Part shown: positions 1 through 10,204 of the stretch, piece after piece
How positions within the stretch are numbered: position 1 is the stretch's first letter
Layout: every line of letters starts with the position of its first letter
Origin: a virus
Lineage: Duplodnaviria; Caudoviricetes
IMG/VR virus record: IMGVR_UViG_3300037119_004955
Location: 1 to 58,924 of that record
Length of the DNA stretch: 58,924 nucleotides
Direction: 5' to 3' (one strand)
Translations under genes and position numbers: made by a program
The notes under the pieces: model-generated
What the model was told of the DNA's origin: nothing
The model's database searches: none
The model's input: only the letters and a program-made list of their open reading frames with translations

Positions 1-464
1 ACCTCTTCATCACCCTCATCCTCACCAGCCAGCTTGGTAACTTCAAACGATACATCTGAGTCAGTTACCCAGTTTAGCCCAAGCCTTGGACCTGCCTGCC
101 TAAAGCAGTCAGTAGTGAGTATGACGAAGCTGTGGGTTTCATCAGCGTTGTGAAGTTGCGACGTCATCACTAGCGCGAACTCAAATCTAACCTTCTCATT
201 CCAGTGGTTGGGGCCACTCTCTGAGTGGGTCTCGAGCGTGAGTTCATCTTGAAACAGCCCTAGCCGTCCCCTGCGAATCTCCAGCCTCGCCTGTGGATAA
301 CTGTCGTCAGACCGTGGCTTTCTATCCGGATCCTTATCACCTTCCACCGTTGTGTAGTTGATACGGTTCTGCACCGGGAACACCGCAGCCCAAGCAGCAT
401 TATCCTCCAGAATCTCCCACAGCTTGCTGTGGATCTGGCCGAAGATGTCGAGGGGAGCAGCCAA
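1..464 (-). CDS. Putative tail terminator/completion protein, 5' part; continues across the circular join to 58792
   Basis: Manual translation from TTG at 464 (MAAPLDIFGQIHSKLWEIL...) stays open through the overlap to TAA at 58792-58794, about 180 aa. Lies between capsid and tail-tube genes. Absent from the ORF track. Confidence 0.75.
   Translation of the reverse strand, partial: MAAPLDIFGQIHSKLWEILEDNAAWAAVFPVQNRINYTTVEGDKDPDRKPRSDDSYPQARLEIRRGRLGLFQDELTLETHSESGPNHWNEKVRFEFALVMTSQLHNADETHSFVILTTDCFRQAGPRLGLNWVTDSDVSFEVTKLAGEDEGDEE
2..54. repeat. Terminal direct repeat (circular assembly overlap), left copy
   Basis: 53 nt identical to 58872-58924. Confidence 0.95.
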
Positions 465-467
465 GGA

Positions 468-938
468 TTATCCGTTACCTTCGTCGGCTGGCTCTTGTGC
501 CGAAAGAAGATCGATGAGGTCCGACTTCTTCACGCCTTCGGCATATTCGATGCCGTGCTTGTCGGCGACCGCCATCAATTCTTCCCTGTTCATGCGCGCC
601 AGTTCATTCTTTGACGGGATAGCATCCTCGTCAACTTCTTCGCCTTCGCCAGCCTCAACGCCTTCGTCTCCCTCGCCTTCGCCGGATGATTCCCGCTCCT
701 CGGCAGCCTTATCCAGCTTGTCGCGCATGAGGTCAGCATGTGGTCCTGGTGGTACGGCACCTTTTGTGGCCGCATCTTCCGTGGACTCGATAGCCTTGAT
801 CTTAACAAGGTCATCAATATTTGCCCCCATCGACTTGAGTTCGTCGCGACTCACGATGCGCCCTTCGCGGTATGGGCCGAGCATCGAACGTCGCACAATG
901 AAGTTGGCAGCAGGTGCCTTTTCAGTTTTCTTAGCCAT
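468..938 (-). CDS. Capsid-associated protein with acidic linker and C-terminal HeH/Rho-N-like motif
   Basis: Directly downstream of the capsid gene; C-terminal MNREELMAVADKHGIE...KKSDLIDLL; AAGGAG RBS. Confidence 0.6.
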   Translation of the reverse strand: MAKKTEKAPAANFIVRRSMLGPYREGRIVSRDELKSMGANIDDLVKIKAIESTEDAATKGAVPPGPHADLMRDKLDKAAEERESSGEGEGDEGVEAGEGEEVDEDAIPSKNELARMNREELMAVADKHGIEYAEGVKKSDLIDLLSAQEPADEGNG

Positions 939-1036
939 GACGGCTCCTTCTGGGAAAAAACAGTACTAAGTTCAAAACCGACTGATGAACATCCGATCAC
1001 CTGTCGGGCTGTCCTGTCGGATCAGTCGCGGTTAGT

Positions 1037-2092
1037 TTACAGGCCGGTCACGAGAACAACAGCGGATGGGAAGTAGATCACCGGACCACCATTGTGTCCT
1101 CGGTGCACTTCGATGTTTGCCGGGGTGCGCTTCTCGGCATTCACGCCGTTGGCGCGATCAACGACATATCGGTAACTGCCGGGACGGAAGTTGTTCGAAG
1201 CATTGCGGGTCATAGCGTAGTTGCCAATGACCGCATTGCCGGGACGATTTCCGATCAACACGCCGACGCCGTCAGCGATAAACTTCTTGAACGAAGACTG
1301 CGCCTCGCCGATTCTCTGTTGGTAACCGCGATCGTACACAATGATCTGCGGTACTTCCTGAGCAGCGAAGTAGCGGTTGAAGTCTGGCAGGGTATTCACC
1401 GTGCTGCCGTTGTTCACCAGTCGTCCGCCCATGTCAGATGCGTTGGTGTTGTTCAGCAACCGGTTAGCAGTAACAGAGTTGACGTACAGACGGGCAGCCG
1501 CGCCGAAGTCCACCGAGATACCAGACGCATTGCCAAGCTGCGCCATGGCTTGCAGGTCGCGAAGCGGAGTTGCCGTTGCGACTGTGGACCACGGAACGAC
1601 CGGAGTGTACGTCTGGAACGTAAACTGCGTGCGGTGCAGGTACTGTCCTGCTGGTGATCCGTCCACCTGGATCTCCAACACGCCGGTGGTGAGGAGTGTC
1701 CAGATCGAAGACTCCATTCGATCGTCTTCTCGCCCGATCAACTGAACGTCGTTCTCAGCGATGATGTCCGAGACGTCAATCGCGGTGGTCATGTCAATGA
1801 TCGAACCGGCACGCTTGGTGAGTTCCGTCTCGGTGACGTCGATAAACTCACCGAACACGCCGGGTTCGTACTCATAGGTGGACTCGCCGACTCGCACCAC
1901 TCTCGTGGGCTTACCGTCGAGGCCTCGCAGATGCTGGAGACCGTAGAAGTTGTCCTTCTGGGTCCACCGCACGTTGCCTGTGTTGAAGGGACGTGGCGGC
2001 ATGAGTTGCAGCCCAAGCCTGCCAGCACGGCTCGCCGTGACTAGCTCCGGCTCAATGGCAAAGTAAGCCGCCGAAGTAGGGTAAGTGAACAT
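1037..2092 (-). CDS. Major capsid protein (lambda gpE-like, HK97 fold)
   Basis: 351 aa; follows protease and decoration genes; gpE-like TPLRDL and IIVYD..Y segments and C-terminal GGPVIYFP; GGAG RBS. Confidence 0.85.
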   Translation of the reverse strand: MFTYPTSAAYFAIEPELVTASRAGRLGLQLMPPRPFNTGNVRWTQKDNFYGLQHLRGLDGKPTRVVRVGESTYEYEPGVFGEFIDVTETELTKRAGSIIDMTTAIDVSDIIAENDVQLIGREDDRMESSIWTLLTTGVLEIQVDGSPAGQYLHRTQFTFQTYTPVVPWSTVATATPLRDLQAMAQLGNASGISVDFGAAARLYVNSVTANRLLNNTNASDMGGRLVNNGSTVNTLPDFNRYFAAQEVPQIIVYDRGYQQRIGEAQSSFKKFIADGVGVLIGNRPGNAVIGNYAMTRNASNNFRPGSYRYVVDRANGVNAEKRTPANIEVHRGHNGGPVIYFPSAVVLVTGL

Positions 2093-2184
2093 GAGTTTCT
2101 CTCCAAAAGTGCTTTTGAGCTACGTTTCGTCTTTCCTGTTGCCCTCGTGCTACACATAGTGTCGGGGCATCTTCTGGGGAAAAA

Positions 2185-2943
2185 CTACCCAGGAATCAGC
2201 CAGAATCCATTGCCGGGCAAAACAACTGCGCCGGGTCGGCTGGTCGTAATGTCGCCGATGGAGCGACCGGTAGCCGCAGTCGTGACAACCTTCGTCAGGG
2301 TCTGGGTGTCGGCTGCTCCGCCGTTCACGGCGGTCGAAGTAAAGGCAGGAGCATTACCGGGTACGTTTGCAGTCAAAATGACCGTGACCGTGCCGGTCGC
2401 TGTGACCTCCTGGCTCATGATATCGTTGGCATTGACCAGGGCAACCAAAGCAGCTGCCACGTTGCCAGCAGTTGCCGCAGTTGCTGTAAACGTCACAGTC
2501 TCGGTGTTGCCGCCGCCGTCCGTAAAGATGATGCTGAAAATGTCGCCGATTTCGACATTTGTTGGAGTAAACGTCAGGACTTGCGTCGCTGGTGCGGCAG
2601 CGGTTCTCAAATCTAGCGGATCAAACGTGCCCGCATAGAAATACGGCATGGACTGGTTGCCCATGTTGAACCACGACGGGACGGCGGACGTACCAAAGTA
2701 CGCGATGCCGTTCGCATCAGTGGCGAAGTCATACATGGAGAACCCGGCGAACAGCTGCGTGCCGTCTGACGCACCGGATGCGAACGCATACATCAGGTTG
2801 TCGGCGGTCTTCTTCGCCACAGCCTGCCCTCGCAGGATTGAGATGCTAGGAGCAAACCTCCCAGCATGTGTCTTCGCATCCTCAGGCGACTGTGCCGGCT
2901 GAAGGATCCGAGAAGGATCGAACTGTTGGAATCGAGTGACCAT
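2185..2943 (-). CDS. Head decoration protein with extra Ig-like beta domain
   Basis: Between protease and capsid; gpD-like ILRGQAVAK...ASDG N-terminus; Thr/Ala-rich beta C-terminus; ATG 2943 with GGAG RBS. Confidence 0.65.
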   Translation of the reverse strand: MVTRFQQFDPSRILQPAQSPEDAKTHAGRFAPSISILRGQAVAKKTADNLMYAFASGASDGTQLFAGFSMYDFATDANGIAYFGTSAVPSWFNMGNQSMPYFYAGTFDPLDLRTAAAPATQVLTFTPTNVEIGDIFSIIFTDGGGNTETVTFTATAATAGNVAAALVALVNANDIMSQEVTATGTVTVILTANVPGNAPAFTSTAVNGGAADTQTLTKVVTTAATGRSIGDITTSRPGAVVLPGNGFWLIPG

Positions 2944-3036
2944 TTTGGTCTCCGTAAAAGTTGAATCATCAGTCAAGGGTTGAGCAGCCCTACATCACTA
3001 CCGATCATACTCCCAGACGGCGCGTTCTGGATTGTA

Positions 3037-4527
3037 CTAGGCGGCAGGCTTCTTCTGGGATGAAACAATGCCTGGCGGAAGCACGTCCACAGGAGCAAGA
3101 CCATATGTCGCCCGCTGCATGTTGTACTCCGGCAGGGTCATCGTCGCCGCAGATTCGCTCGCTGCTCCGTCACCCTTCGGGGCAGGCTGCGCACCAGTCT
3201 GCACCTTGGTGACATCGCCGTTCGGCTTCTCGCCGAGACACTTCTCGACCGTGTCCAGCGAGACGAAGATCCTGCCGTCCGGTGCCACCATTGTGACATT
3301 AGGCTTACCGGCAGGGTTGATTTCGTTCTTGAGCACTTCGGCCTGCGCCGGAGTGATCGTGCCGGACTTCGCCATGAAGTCAATCCGCTTCGCACCGAGA
3401 GCGATGGTCTGGGCAGCGATATTCGGATCAACCACTTGGGCAGTCGCCTTCAACTGAGTGATCTGATTAGTCAGGCTTGTGACCTGACCGGAAAGCGACT
3501 CCCTCTCAGTTGAGAGTTGCGTCGCACGTGCAATCACCTTGTCGGCAGTATCCGGGAAGTTACCGGGATCCGCCGACTCAAGACCCTGGATTGCTCGAAT
3601 CCGGGCCATCTGAGGTTGGGTAAACATTGCAGGGCTCCTGTCGGCGGCTGCCAGTTTCTTCCGTTCGGTTCCGCCGGTGCCGATCGGTAGCGAACTTCCC
3701 TTGCTGAAACGATCCAGCAGTTCTTCGTACGGCATGATGCCGTCAAGAAGTCCGTTTTGCAAACCTTTTTCTGCTAAAAACGTCGCGGCCTCAAATCCTA
3801 AGATTGTTTCCTTGTCAATCCCCCTATGCTCGCTCACATGCGAGACAAACATGTCGTTCACTTCTTCAACCTGCTCCGTGATGCGGTCGATTTCTCCTTG
3901 GGTAATCTTAGACCCAGGGAATCCCATCATCTTGTACTTGCCAGTCTTGATTTTGATGATCTTGACCCCATGTTTCTCGGCAAGCTTGGACGTGTCAGCC
4001 ATTATCACCGCCGTGCCGATAGACCCGACATTTGCCATCCGGTTAGCGTACACGGCGTTTGTTGAGCACCCGATTAGGTACGCTGCGGAACACATCTCGT
4101 CATCAGCGTAAGTGATAGTCTCCTTCATCTGCGACAGCTTGCTCAGCCGCTCCGCCACATCGAAAGAACCTGCAGCAGTGCCTCCCGGCGAGTCTATCTT
4201 CACAAGGACTTTCTTCGCTGATTCATCCCTCATCAACGCATTTACCGCGTGGACAATCTCCGCAGTGGGGGTACCGCCGAACAGCCAGGCCAGAATCCCC
4301 TGAGTCTTCATGACCGGACCCTTGATCTCCAACACCGCTACCCCATCGTGCAGGGTGTACGGGCGGTGACCATCTTCTGGAGGAGAAAAAGGCATCAGGC
4401 TAGAAGATACGAATCGGTGCGCGGCATAGTTCAATCGACACAGCCAGATGTTCCTCTGGGCGAAAAGAGCGTACTGCGAACCTGATCCTGATCCTGACGG
4501 TCTCAGCTTTCCTAGCTTAGTTTTCAT
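3037..4527 (-). CDS. S49 (SppA-like) prohead protease fused to scaffold
   Basis: IDSPGG, CSAAY, VGSIG and GKYK motifs of S49 peptidases; coiled-coil C-terminal part. Confidence 0.9.
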   Translation of the reverse strand: MKTKLGKLRPSGSGSGSQYALFAQRNIWLCRLNYAAHRFVSSSLMPFSPPEDGHRPYTLHDGVAVLEIKGPVMKTQGILAWLFGGTPTAEIVHAVNALMRDESAKKVLVKIDSPGGTAAGSFDVAERLSKLSQMKETITYADDEMCSAAYLIGCSTNAVYANRMANVGSIGTAVIMADTSKLAEKHGVKIIKIKTGKYKMMGFPGSKITQGEIDRITEQVEEVNDMFVSHVSEHRGIDKETILGFEAATFLAEKGLQNGLLDGIMPYEELLDRFSKGSSLPIGTGGTERKKLAAADRSPAMFTQPQMARIRAIQGLESADPGNFPDTADKVIARATQLSTERESLSGQVTSLTNQITQLKATAQVVDPNIAAQTIALGAKRIDFMAKSGTITPAQAEVLKNEINPAGKPNVTMVAPDGRIFVSLDTVEKCLGEKPNGDVTKVQTGAQPAPKGDGAASESAATMTLPEYNMQRATYGLAPVDVLPPGIVSSQKKPAA

Positions 4528-6101
4528 TATTCGTTCTCCTTAGGTCTTCCGCCCTGAGGTTCCGGAGTGCCAGGACGCTTCTGAGGCCCGGCTTGTTGTT
4601 TTGCGGCTGATGCTTCCTTTACCGCTTCCATCACGGAATCAATGTCAAACTTCTTCAGGGTGCTAAGCCCCAACAAGTTGATAAGCTGGTTAACGTCCAC
4701 CGTGGCAGCAAGTTCTCGAGCAAGGTTCGGCTCGTTCGAGAATGCCAGCAGCATAGCCTTCGCAGCCTGAACCTTCCTGTCCACAAGGGATGACGGCTTG
4801 ACCAGTATCTTGCCAATGGCCGACTGACCGTGGTTCAGTTCCAGAAGAGCGTTGGCGATACTTTGCACTGCGGAAGCAAACCACATGTCCTCTTTCGTGG
4901 CGGACATCGTGCCAGTGTCGGTGTGAACGCCAGCTTCCTCTTTCGTGCCGTGCTGCGCTTCCAATCCAGTCCTCGCCGATCGGTGTCCACCATTAAACAT
5001 CAGTTCTTCGGCGTGCTTCATCCTCTCGATGAGCCCGTTAATGGCTGGGCCATGGTTGCCGTAATCCAACACCTGCACATTGGTCAGGGATTTGGAAGCC
5101 AGTTCAGCGAGTATTCTGGCGTGCTCAAGCGTATTGCTTGTGCCCTTGACGTCGGCGACTAGGGACATGGACGGGAACCACACGCCGGGTGCTCCGGTGG
5201 ACAATGCCCTAATTACCTGTTCGGCGTTTGACTTGAAGCTAACCTGCGTTGGTTTCCCGTCTTCTCCAGGAGGTCCCGCATACGTGCCAGAAGGCGACGT
5301 CACGATAGTGACCATCCCGGTAATTTTCACACCGAGGCGCGCCAGCTGCTGAGCGCAGTCAAGCCATTCTTTCCAGGCGGTATCGCGAACGTTTTCCAGC
5401 CAAGATCTCCCGTACACATATCCGCCAGTCCCGGCGTTATCGTAAGTGTACAGGAATCCTTTGTACGGCGTGGGGATGTCAACGTAAGCCGCATCCGTCC
5501 CATCCGGTCCTGGCACGTTGTTTCGGATGCCCACCGGTGCCCCGGTCTCGTCGGTCAGAACCTGTGTGGACTCGTTGAGCAAGTCCTTTATACCTGCCAA
5601 CTCGTACTGACCTTCGGAAAACTGCCATTTAAGTTCGCAGGTGGCCCATCCGAAATCTCGCGCCGGCACAAACACCTGGCTAAGTAAAGCCAGCCTGATC
5701 CGGTCGATGTTGCGCCGCACGGTGTCCACCCATTCATCTTTGATAGAAGTGTCCTCGGTATCCAACTTTACATAATCATAGCTGGAACAAAGGATGATGG
5801 CGGTGCAGATTTCGCGGACTAGCTGAATCACCGGATGTTTCAACATCCACCGGTAAGTCCATGGACTCGCAATGTACGGATTACTCCATCCGGGAAAACC
5901 ACACGGATTAAGCGCACTCCCGCCGTTCCCAAACAGGTTCGGCCCCATTAGGAAAGCAGATTCGAAAGGCGCAGGAGTCTTGACCACTGCTCCGTTTATG
6001 CGGGCGTGGCCGTTGTGCTGATCACCGGTGTTGAGTCCCAGCAACTGCTTGCGATCAAGCGGCGTGCTGGAGAACCGACCCTTGGTTGTACGTATTCTCA
6101 C
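4527..6101 (-). CDS. Portal protein (Mu gp29/DUF935-like)
   Basis: 524 aa between terminase and protease; FGWATCELKW and YGRSWLE motifs resemble DUF935 portals. Confidence 0.75.
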   Translation of the reverse strand: MRIRTTKGRFSSTPLDRKQLLGLNTGDQHNGHARINGAVVKTPAPFESAFLMGPNLFGNGGSALNPCGFPGWSNPYIASPWTYRWMLKHPVIQLVREICTAIILCSSYDYVKLDTEDTSIKDEWVDTVRRNIDRIRLALLSQVFVPARDFGWATCELKWQFSEGQYELAGIKDLLNESTQVLTDETGAPVGIRNNVPGPDGTDAAYVDIPTPYKGFLYTYDNAGTGGYVYGRSWLENVRDTAWKEWLDCAQQLARLGVKITGMVTIVTSPSGTYAGPPGEDGKPTQVSFKSNAEQVIRALSTGAPGVWFPSMSLVADVKGTSNTLEHARILAELASKSLTNVQVLDYGNHGPAINGLIERMKHAEELMFNGGHRSARTGLEAQHGTKEEAGVHTDTGTMSATKEDMWFASAVQSIANALLELNHGQSAIGKILVKPSSLVDRKVQAAKAMLLAFSNEPNLARELAATVDVNQLINLLGLSTLKKFDIDSVMEAVKEASAAKQQAGPQKRPGTPEPQGGRPKENE

Positions 6102-7551
6102 TGTTCACCACCGTTGCTTCGTCCATACAGACGTCAAACTGCAGACCTTCCAATCCGTCCACGTAAGCGACTCCGTATCGCATAGTGTCCATTCCGTGAT
6201 TGTCTCTATCTTCAGGTACCTCCTTAGGGGTCTTGCCTTCCTTCTTCTGAGGGTAAGAGTACCCATCAAACTCAGCTGTCGTCTTAGTCGGCAGGGACTC
6301 TGCCACTAATTCTGGGTCCGTCTCATGCAGCGCGTCAGGCAGGAAGAATATCCTTGGCCGACCATCCTCCTGGACAAGAAGCCTACCACGCACCGCCTCG
6401 ATACCAGGTTCAATCGCTTTGAATGCTGGCTGCGTCGGTATTCCCGCACGTTCAAGCGTCGCCCTGTCTTCAGCATCGTGATCACAGATCGTGGCCTCAA
6501 TCTCTTCCCCTGCCGAAAGCAGTTGTATTGTCTCCGCATGATCGGCGACCAGTCTTCTGGAGAAATAGATCTCTCTATAGAGATACATCCTTTTGTCTTC
6601 GTCGATCGCCCACCACTGGCAGACGAATGGATTGATGAACCCGAAATCTATTACTCTAATCCTGCGCCATGATGCTGGCACATCCGCACGGTACTTGATT
6701 AGCGGGGTCCCGCTGTGGATGTCCTCGCTGAAATCTGGATATACCGAACCTTCGGCAGCAGCCCACAGTCCCTTAAGCAGTCGTGACTTACGCGCTCCGG
6801 TCAGCCTCGACAGCCTCGCAATATAGTTCGCGCCAAAAGCTGTTGGTGTGCCGTCAACATTGTACAGTATCGGATTGTCCTGGTGCCTGCTCCGCAGCCT
6901 AGTCATCACCTCACGGCGCGATGCCCTCTTGTTCAGCCAGTGACTCGGATACGTCGGGTTGCAGTCCACGATGATCTGCTGATAAGGCACCATCCCGTTA
7001 CGAAGTCTGGTAGTCAGATTTTCAAAGTCTTCCTCCGACGCTTCCGTCCCCTCGAAAAGTATGATAATGTCGTAGTCTGACGACATGATGCGAGTGGACT
7101 TGTCAAGGCCTCCCACAACAATGATAGATCCGTTAGGATACTTGTAACTCTGACGGAAGTTTCTCTGAGGGCCATACAATGCTGGGAAGTCCGCTTGTAC
7201 AACCTTCTCCTCATACGTCACCAGGACAGTCTCGCTAAGACTTTCGCGAGTTTTTCTAACGAGAAGTATTCTGCAACCAGGATACTTCATCGCTATGAGA
7301 TGTGCTTTCTCAAGAGCCCCGCGAGACTTCCCGGTGCCAGCAGGACCCTCGATCAAAATCTCAGGGTCCTTATTCTTCCATAGCTCCCTCGCAGCCCCTC
7401 GTGGCTCGTAGGCGCGTGACCCCACAGGAAACCTGAGGGAGGCACCTTCTGGAGAAAAAACGCCTGCGGCTGCGCTGGCGGCACGATAAACCTTCACGCG
7501 CATGCGCGGGCTACGGCTAGGGCTGCGAGGATCGAAAACCTTACACTTCAT
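6055..7551 (-). CDS. terL: Terminase large subunit
   Basis: Walker A GPAGTGKS, DCNP..PSHW coupling motif, nuclease IDFGF and DNHGMDTMRY; start is 7551 or 7503. Confidence 0.95.
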   Translation of the reverse strand: MKCKVFDPRSPSRSPRMRVKVYRAASAAAGVFSPEGASLRFPVGSRAYEPRGAARELWKNKDPEILIEGPAGTGKSRGALEKAHLIAMKYPGCRILLVRKTRESLSETVLVTYEEKVVQADFPALYGPQRNFRQSYKYPNGSIIVVGGLDKSTRIMSSDYDIIILFEGTEASEEDFENLTTRLRNGMVPYQQIIVDCNPTYPSHWLNKRASRREVMTRLRSRHQDNPILYNVDGTPTAFGANYIARLSRLTGARKSRLLKGLWAAAEGSVYPDFSEDIHSGTPLIKYRADVPASWRRIRVIDFGFINPFVCQWWAIDEDKRMYLYREIYFSRRLVADHAETIQLLSAGEEIEATICDHDAEDRATLERAGIPTQPAFKAIEPGIEAVRGRLLVQEDGRPRIFFLPDALHETDPELVAESLPTKTTAEFDGYSYPQKKEGKTPKEVPEDRDNHGMDTMRYGVAYVDGLEGLQFDVCMDEATVVNSENTYNQGSVLQHAA

Positions 7552-7558
7552 CAGGAGA

Positions 7559-7891
7559 TCAGACCTCGTCCGTGGGAACGCCAACGTACATCTTCATGCT
7601 CTTGCCTTCGGCATCGGCGACGCGAGTGGGCACCTTGCCGTTCTCACGGTCTAGGTACTCTTTCAGATGAGCGAAGTTTCCGCCAATCATCATGTTGACG
7701 AATCCCTGCGCCGCGCTGTCCATGACGGTGCCGTCTACCGGCTTACCATCCTCACCAATTTTGGTCATCCTTGATCGCAGGATTTCGTTAATCCTGCCAA
7801 GCAGGGTGATGGGAGGCCCTCCGGAGACCGGGGCACGCACTGCCCTACGGACTGGGACGGTTTGACGATAAACTCTTGTTCTCATAGCCAT
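7559..7891 (-). CDS. Putative terminase small subunit
   Basis: Immediately upstream of terL; helical, with KEYLDRENGK motif typical of small terminases. Confidence 0.65.
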   Translation of the reverse strand: MAMRTRVYRQTVPVRRAVRAPVSGGPPITLLGRINEILRSRMTKIGEDGKPVDGTVMDSAAQGFVNMMIGGNFAHLKEYLDRENGKVPTRVADAEGKSMKMYVGVPTDEV

Positions 7892-8679
7892 ACAAACACC
7901 TCGTCGTTAAACATACTTTCGAACGGATCACCTGCAACATCGGATGCGGTTACAACAGAAGCCCCCAGCGACAACGGTTCGGATTCGCCGGTCGCTGTTG
8001 CTACTTCCAGATCGATCTGTCGCAGCCCAGATCTTATCATCCCCAGAGTGTCGTAGCACCGCTTGACCATTTTGTCAATCTTGCCACCTTGCGCATCCTT
8101 CTCCCCCAAACCTCTCGCGCTGTAAAGATCGCCGAAAGCAATCCACATTACAAGACGTTTGAAGCTTTTTGGCACGTCTCCCGAAAACACAAGAGGCACC
8201 GTCACCATGCCACCCCTCATAGTGTCGTTGACGTCATCGTAGCTGTAATCAAAGCTGGATTGCACCTCATCATAGTCGATGCTAACACTAGTTCGAGTCT
8301 TGTTCGAAGCTACCTTCACATTCTCCGCTCCAAAGTACCTCTCAAACTCCGCGTAGGTGAACCACGGATGAGTCGGGACGTCTACTCCCTCTTCCGATAC
8401 CGTTTTCAGCTTTTCATACGTGATCGGCACTCCGCCAACTACAACGATCGGATAGTAGCGGTATGTCTCCCCGTCAACGAGAGCTTCGACATTAAACTGG
8501 TATAGCCCGAGACTTATTCTAGGGATAACAGTATCCACAGGCAGAATGATCTCATGGGTGTCAGCCACTTCCAACCCGTAACCTCCGCCCGGATCTCGGA
8601 GTGTCGGCGGAGCGTCAGCGTCAATCAGGTCACCAGTCTCCTGATCTCGCACCGTTATCGTGATTAGAAGGTCAGCCAT
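7882..8679 (-). CDS. Head-tail adaptor (Mu gp36/DUF1320-like) with N-terminal beta-sandwich domain
   Basis: C-terminal half (TYAEFERYFG...VPL...IAFGDLY...YDTLGMIRSG) matches the gp36 pattern. Confidence 0.65.
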   Translation of the reverse strand: MADLLITITVRDQETGDLIDADAPPTLRDPGGGYGLEVADTHEIILPVDTVIPRISLGLYQFNVEALVDGETYRYYPIVVVGGVPITYEKLKTVSEEGVDVPTHPWFTYAEFERYFGAENVKVASNKTRTSVSIDYDEVQSSFDYSYDDVNDTMRGGMVTVPLVFSGDVPKSFKRLVMWIAFGDLYSARGLGEKDAQGGKIDKMVKRCYDTLGMIRSGLRQIDLEVATATGESEPLSLGASVVTASDVAGDPFESMFNDEVFVWL

Positions 8680-10204
8680 TGTCAATCTCAGTTTCGGAAG
8701 ACTCGATCAGCACAGAGGTTACTCCGCCTCCGCCTCCGCCAGTCGGCGCTAGTTCCAGAGCGTTAGCCGTCCACTGGAAGTCCGGACCGTCAGCTACCAT
8801 CATCCCGTCAAGGGCAGTCAAAGTAGAGTCTGCATTTAACGCTGCTTGCGCCCCTACACCGGCATCTGTTACTATCTGGGCGTGAGTGGCTGCGGACAGC
8901 TGGACCCCGTCTCCAAACGAGTTTGACACCGTATGGGAAGCCCTCAGAGCGTCCCACACAGCCGCAGCCGTCGCAGACCCGTCCAGGTCGTTGAAACCTG
9001 TTACACCGATGTCCTTGGCTAGCACTATGTTGTCTCCAGAAGTAAGCGTCCTATCAGGGTATTCCCAAACAATGCCAGCAATAGTGTCGATCTGAGCACC
9101 GTCTATTGAGCTAGCATGGGCGACCACCTTCTGGGAGAAAAGAGCAAGAGGAGCGATTCCAAGCCATGTGACCAGGTTCGCGTTCACAGGGTCAACTACC
9201 GAATCCACACTACCGACGACGTTCCCGTTTACATTACCACCCAAGTTTCCCGTCACCGATGCGACACTACCAACGACGTTGCCGCCGACGTTCCCCACCA
9301 CCGAGGCTACCGTCCCTGTGACGTTTCCTCCCACGTTCCCGGTCACAGAGCCCACTGCTCCGGTCACCGAAGCCACACTGCCAGCGATGTTTCCCAGCAC
9401 GCTCCCGACGCTACCGACAACGTTACCGGCCACGTTGCCCGCCACTGAAGCGACACTACCTGCGACGTCCCCGAACATCCCACCGATGACGTCCCCGCCC
9501 AGATCTCCTAGTACCGAAGCCACACTGCCGTTGACGTTGCCCGCAACGCTGCCTCCTACTCCACCTACCACTGACCCGACTGTGCCGGTAACATTGCCAC
9601 CAACGTTACCAGTCACACTGCCTACTGCTCCAGTAACGGAAGCTACGCTACCGCCCACATTGCCGGTGACGCTACCTACTGCCCCCACGACACTACCGAC
9701 TGAACCGGTCACATTTCCACCAACGTTCCCCGTCACCGAGGCTACACTACCCCCCACATTGCCGGTCACTGAACCTACCGCACCAGTCACCGAGCCGACG
9801 CTGCCAGTCACCGAACCTACACTGGTCATGAAGGCTGTCGCACTCTGGTTGTTAGTAGCTGTTAGTTCAATGACAAGATCGGCCTGATCCATGTTCGTCG
9901 CGCCACGTAGACTCACTACCGACATGTCGGCTCCTGATGCTATCGCAGCATCAGGCACGTCCAGACGGTACACCCCCTTCATATTGGTAGAGTCCACTTC
10001 CTTGAACCCACCGCTGGTGAACGCAGTCGTTGTGGCAGCTAGCGTGACTAGGGTGATCTGCACCGGCGCACTTCTGGTGCGAACATAATACGCAGTCAAC
10101 CCTGCCGAATCAAAGACCAGTCCGGTCAGCGGTGCTCCGAAGACGTCCACGATCTTAACGTATACGGTCTGCGAGGTTGTCCCGGCCAGTCTGCTTATCA
10201 GCAT
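8672..10204 (-). CDS. Virion fibre-like protein with long V-x-G-(S/N)-V repeat tract
   Basis: About 220 aa of VGSVTG/GNVGG repeats between globular domains. Confidence 0.7.
   Translation of the reverse strand: MLISRLAGTTSQTVYVKIVDVFGAPLTGLVFDSAGLTAYYVRTRSAPVQITLVTLAATTTAFTSGGFKEVDSTNMKGVYRLDVPDAAIASGADMSVVSLRGATNMDQADLVIELTATNNQSATAFMTSVGSVTGSVGSVTGAVGSVTGNVGGSVASVTGNVGGNVTGSVGSVVGAVGSVTGNVGGSVASVTGAVGSVTGNVGGNVTGTVGSVVGGVGGSVAGNVNGSVASVLGDLGGDVIGGMFGDVAGSVASVAGNVAGNVVGSVGSVLGNIAGSVASVTGAVGSVTGNVGGNVTGTVASVVGNVGGNVVGSVASVTGNLGGNVNGNVVGSVDSVVDPVNANLVTWLGIAPLALFSQKVVAHASSIDGAQIDTIAGIVWEYPDRTLTSGDNIVLAKDIGVTGFNDLDGSATAAAVWDALRASHTVSNSFGDGVQLSAATHAQIVTDAGVGAQAALNADSTLTALDGMMVADGPDFQWTANALELAPTGGGGGGVTSVLIESSETEIDNG

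Noticed and set aside
978-1032. Hammerhead ribozyme suggested by CTGATGA
   Set aside because: No correctly placed GAAA core; more simply a CGACTGAT/ATCAGTCG stem downstream of the capsid gene
9168-9887. Antisense Thr/Pro-rich ORF and similar long shadow ORFs
   Set aside because: Mirror of the repeat-coding minus-strand gene; no RBS and against operon direction
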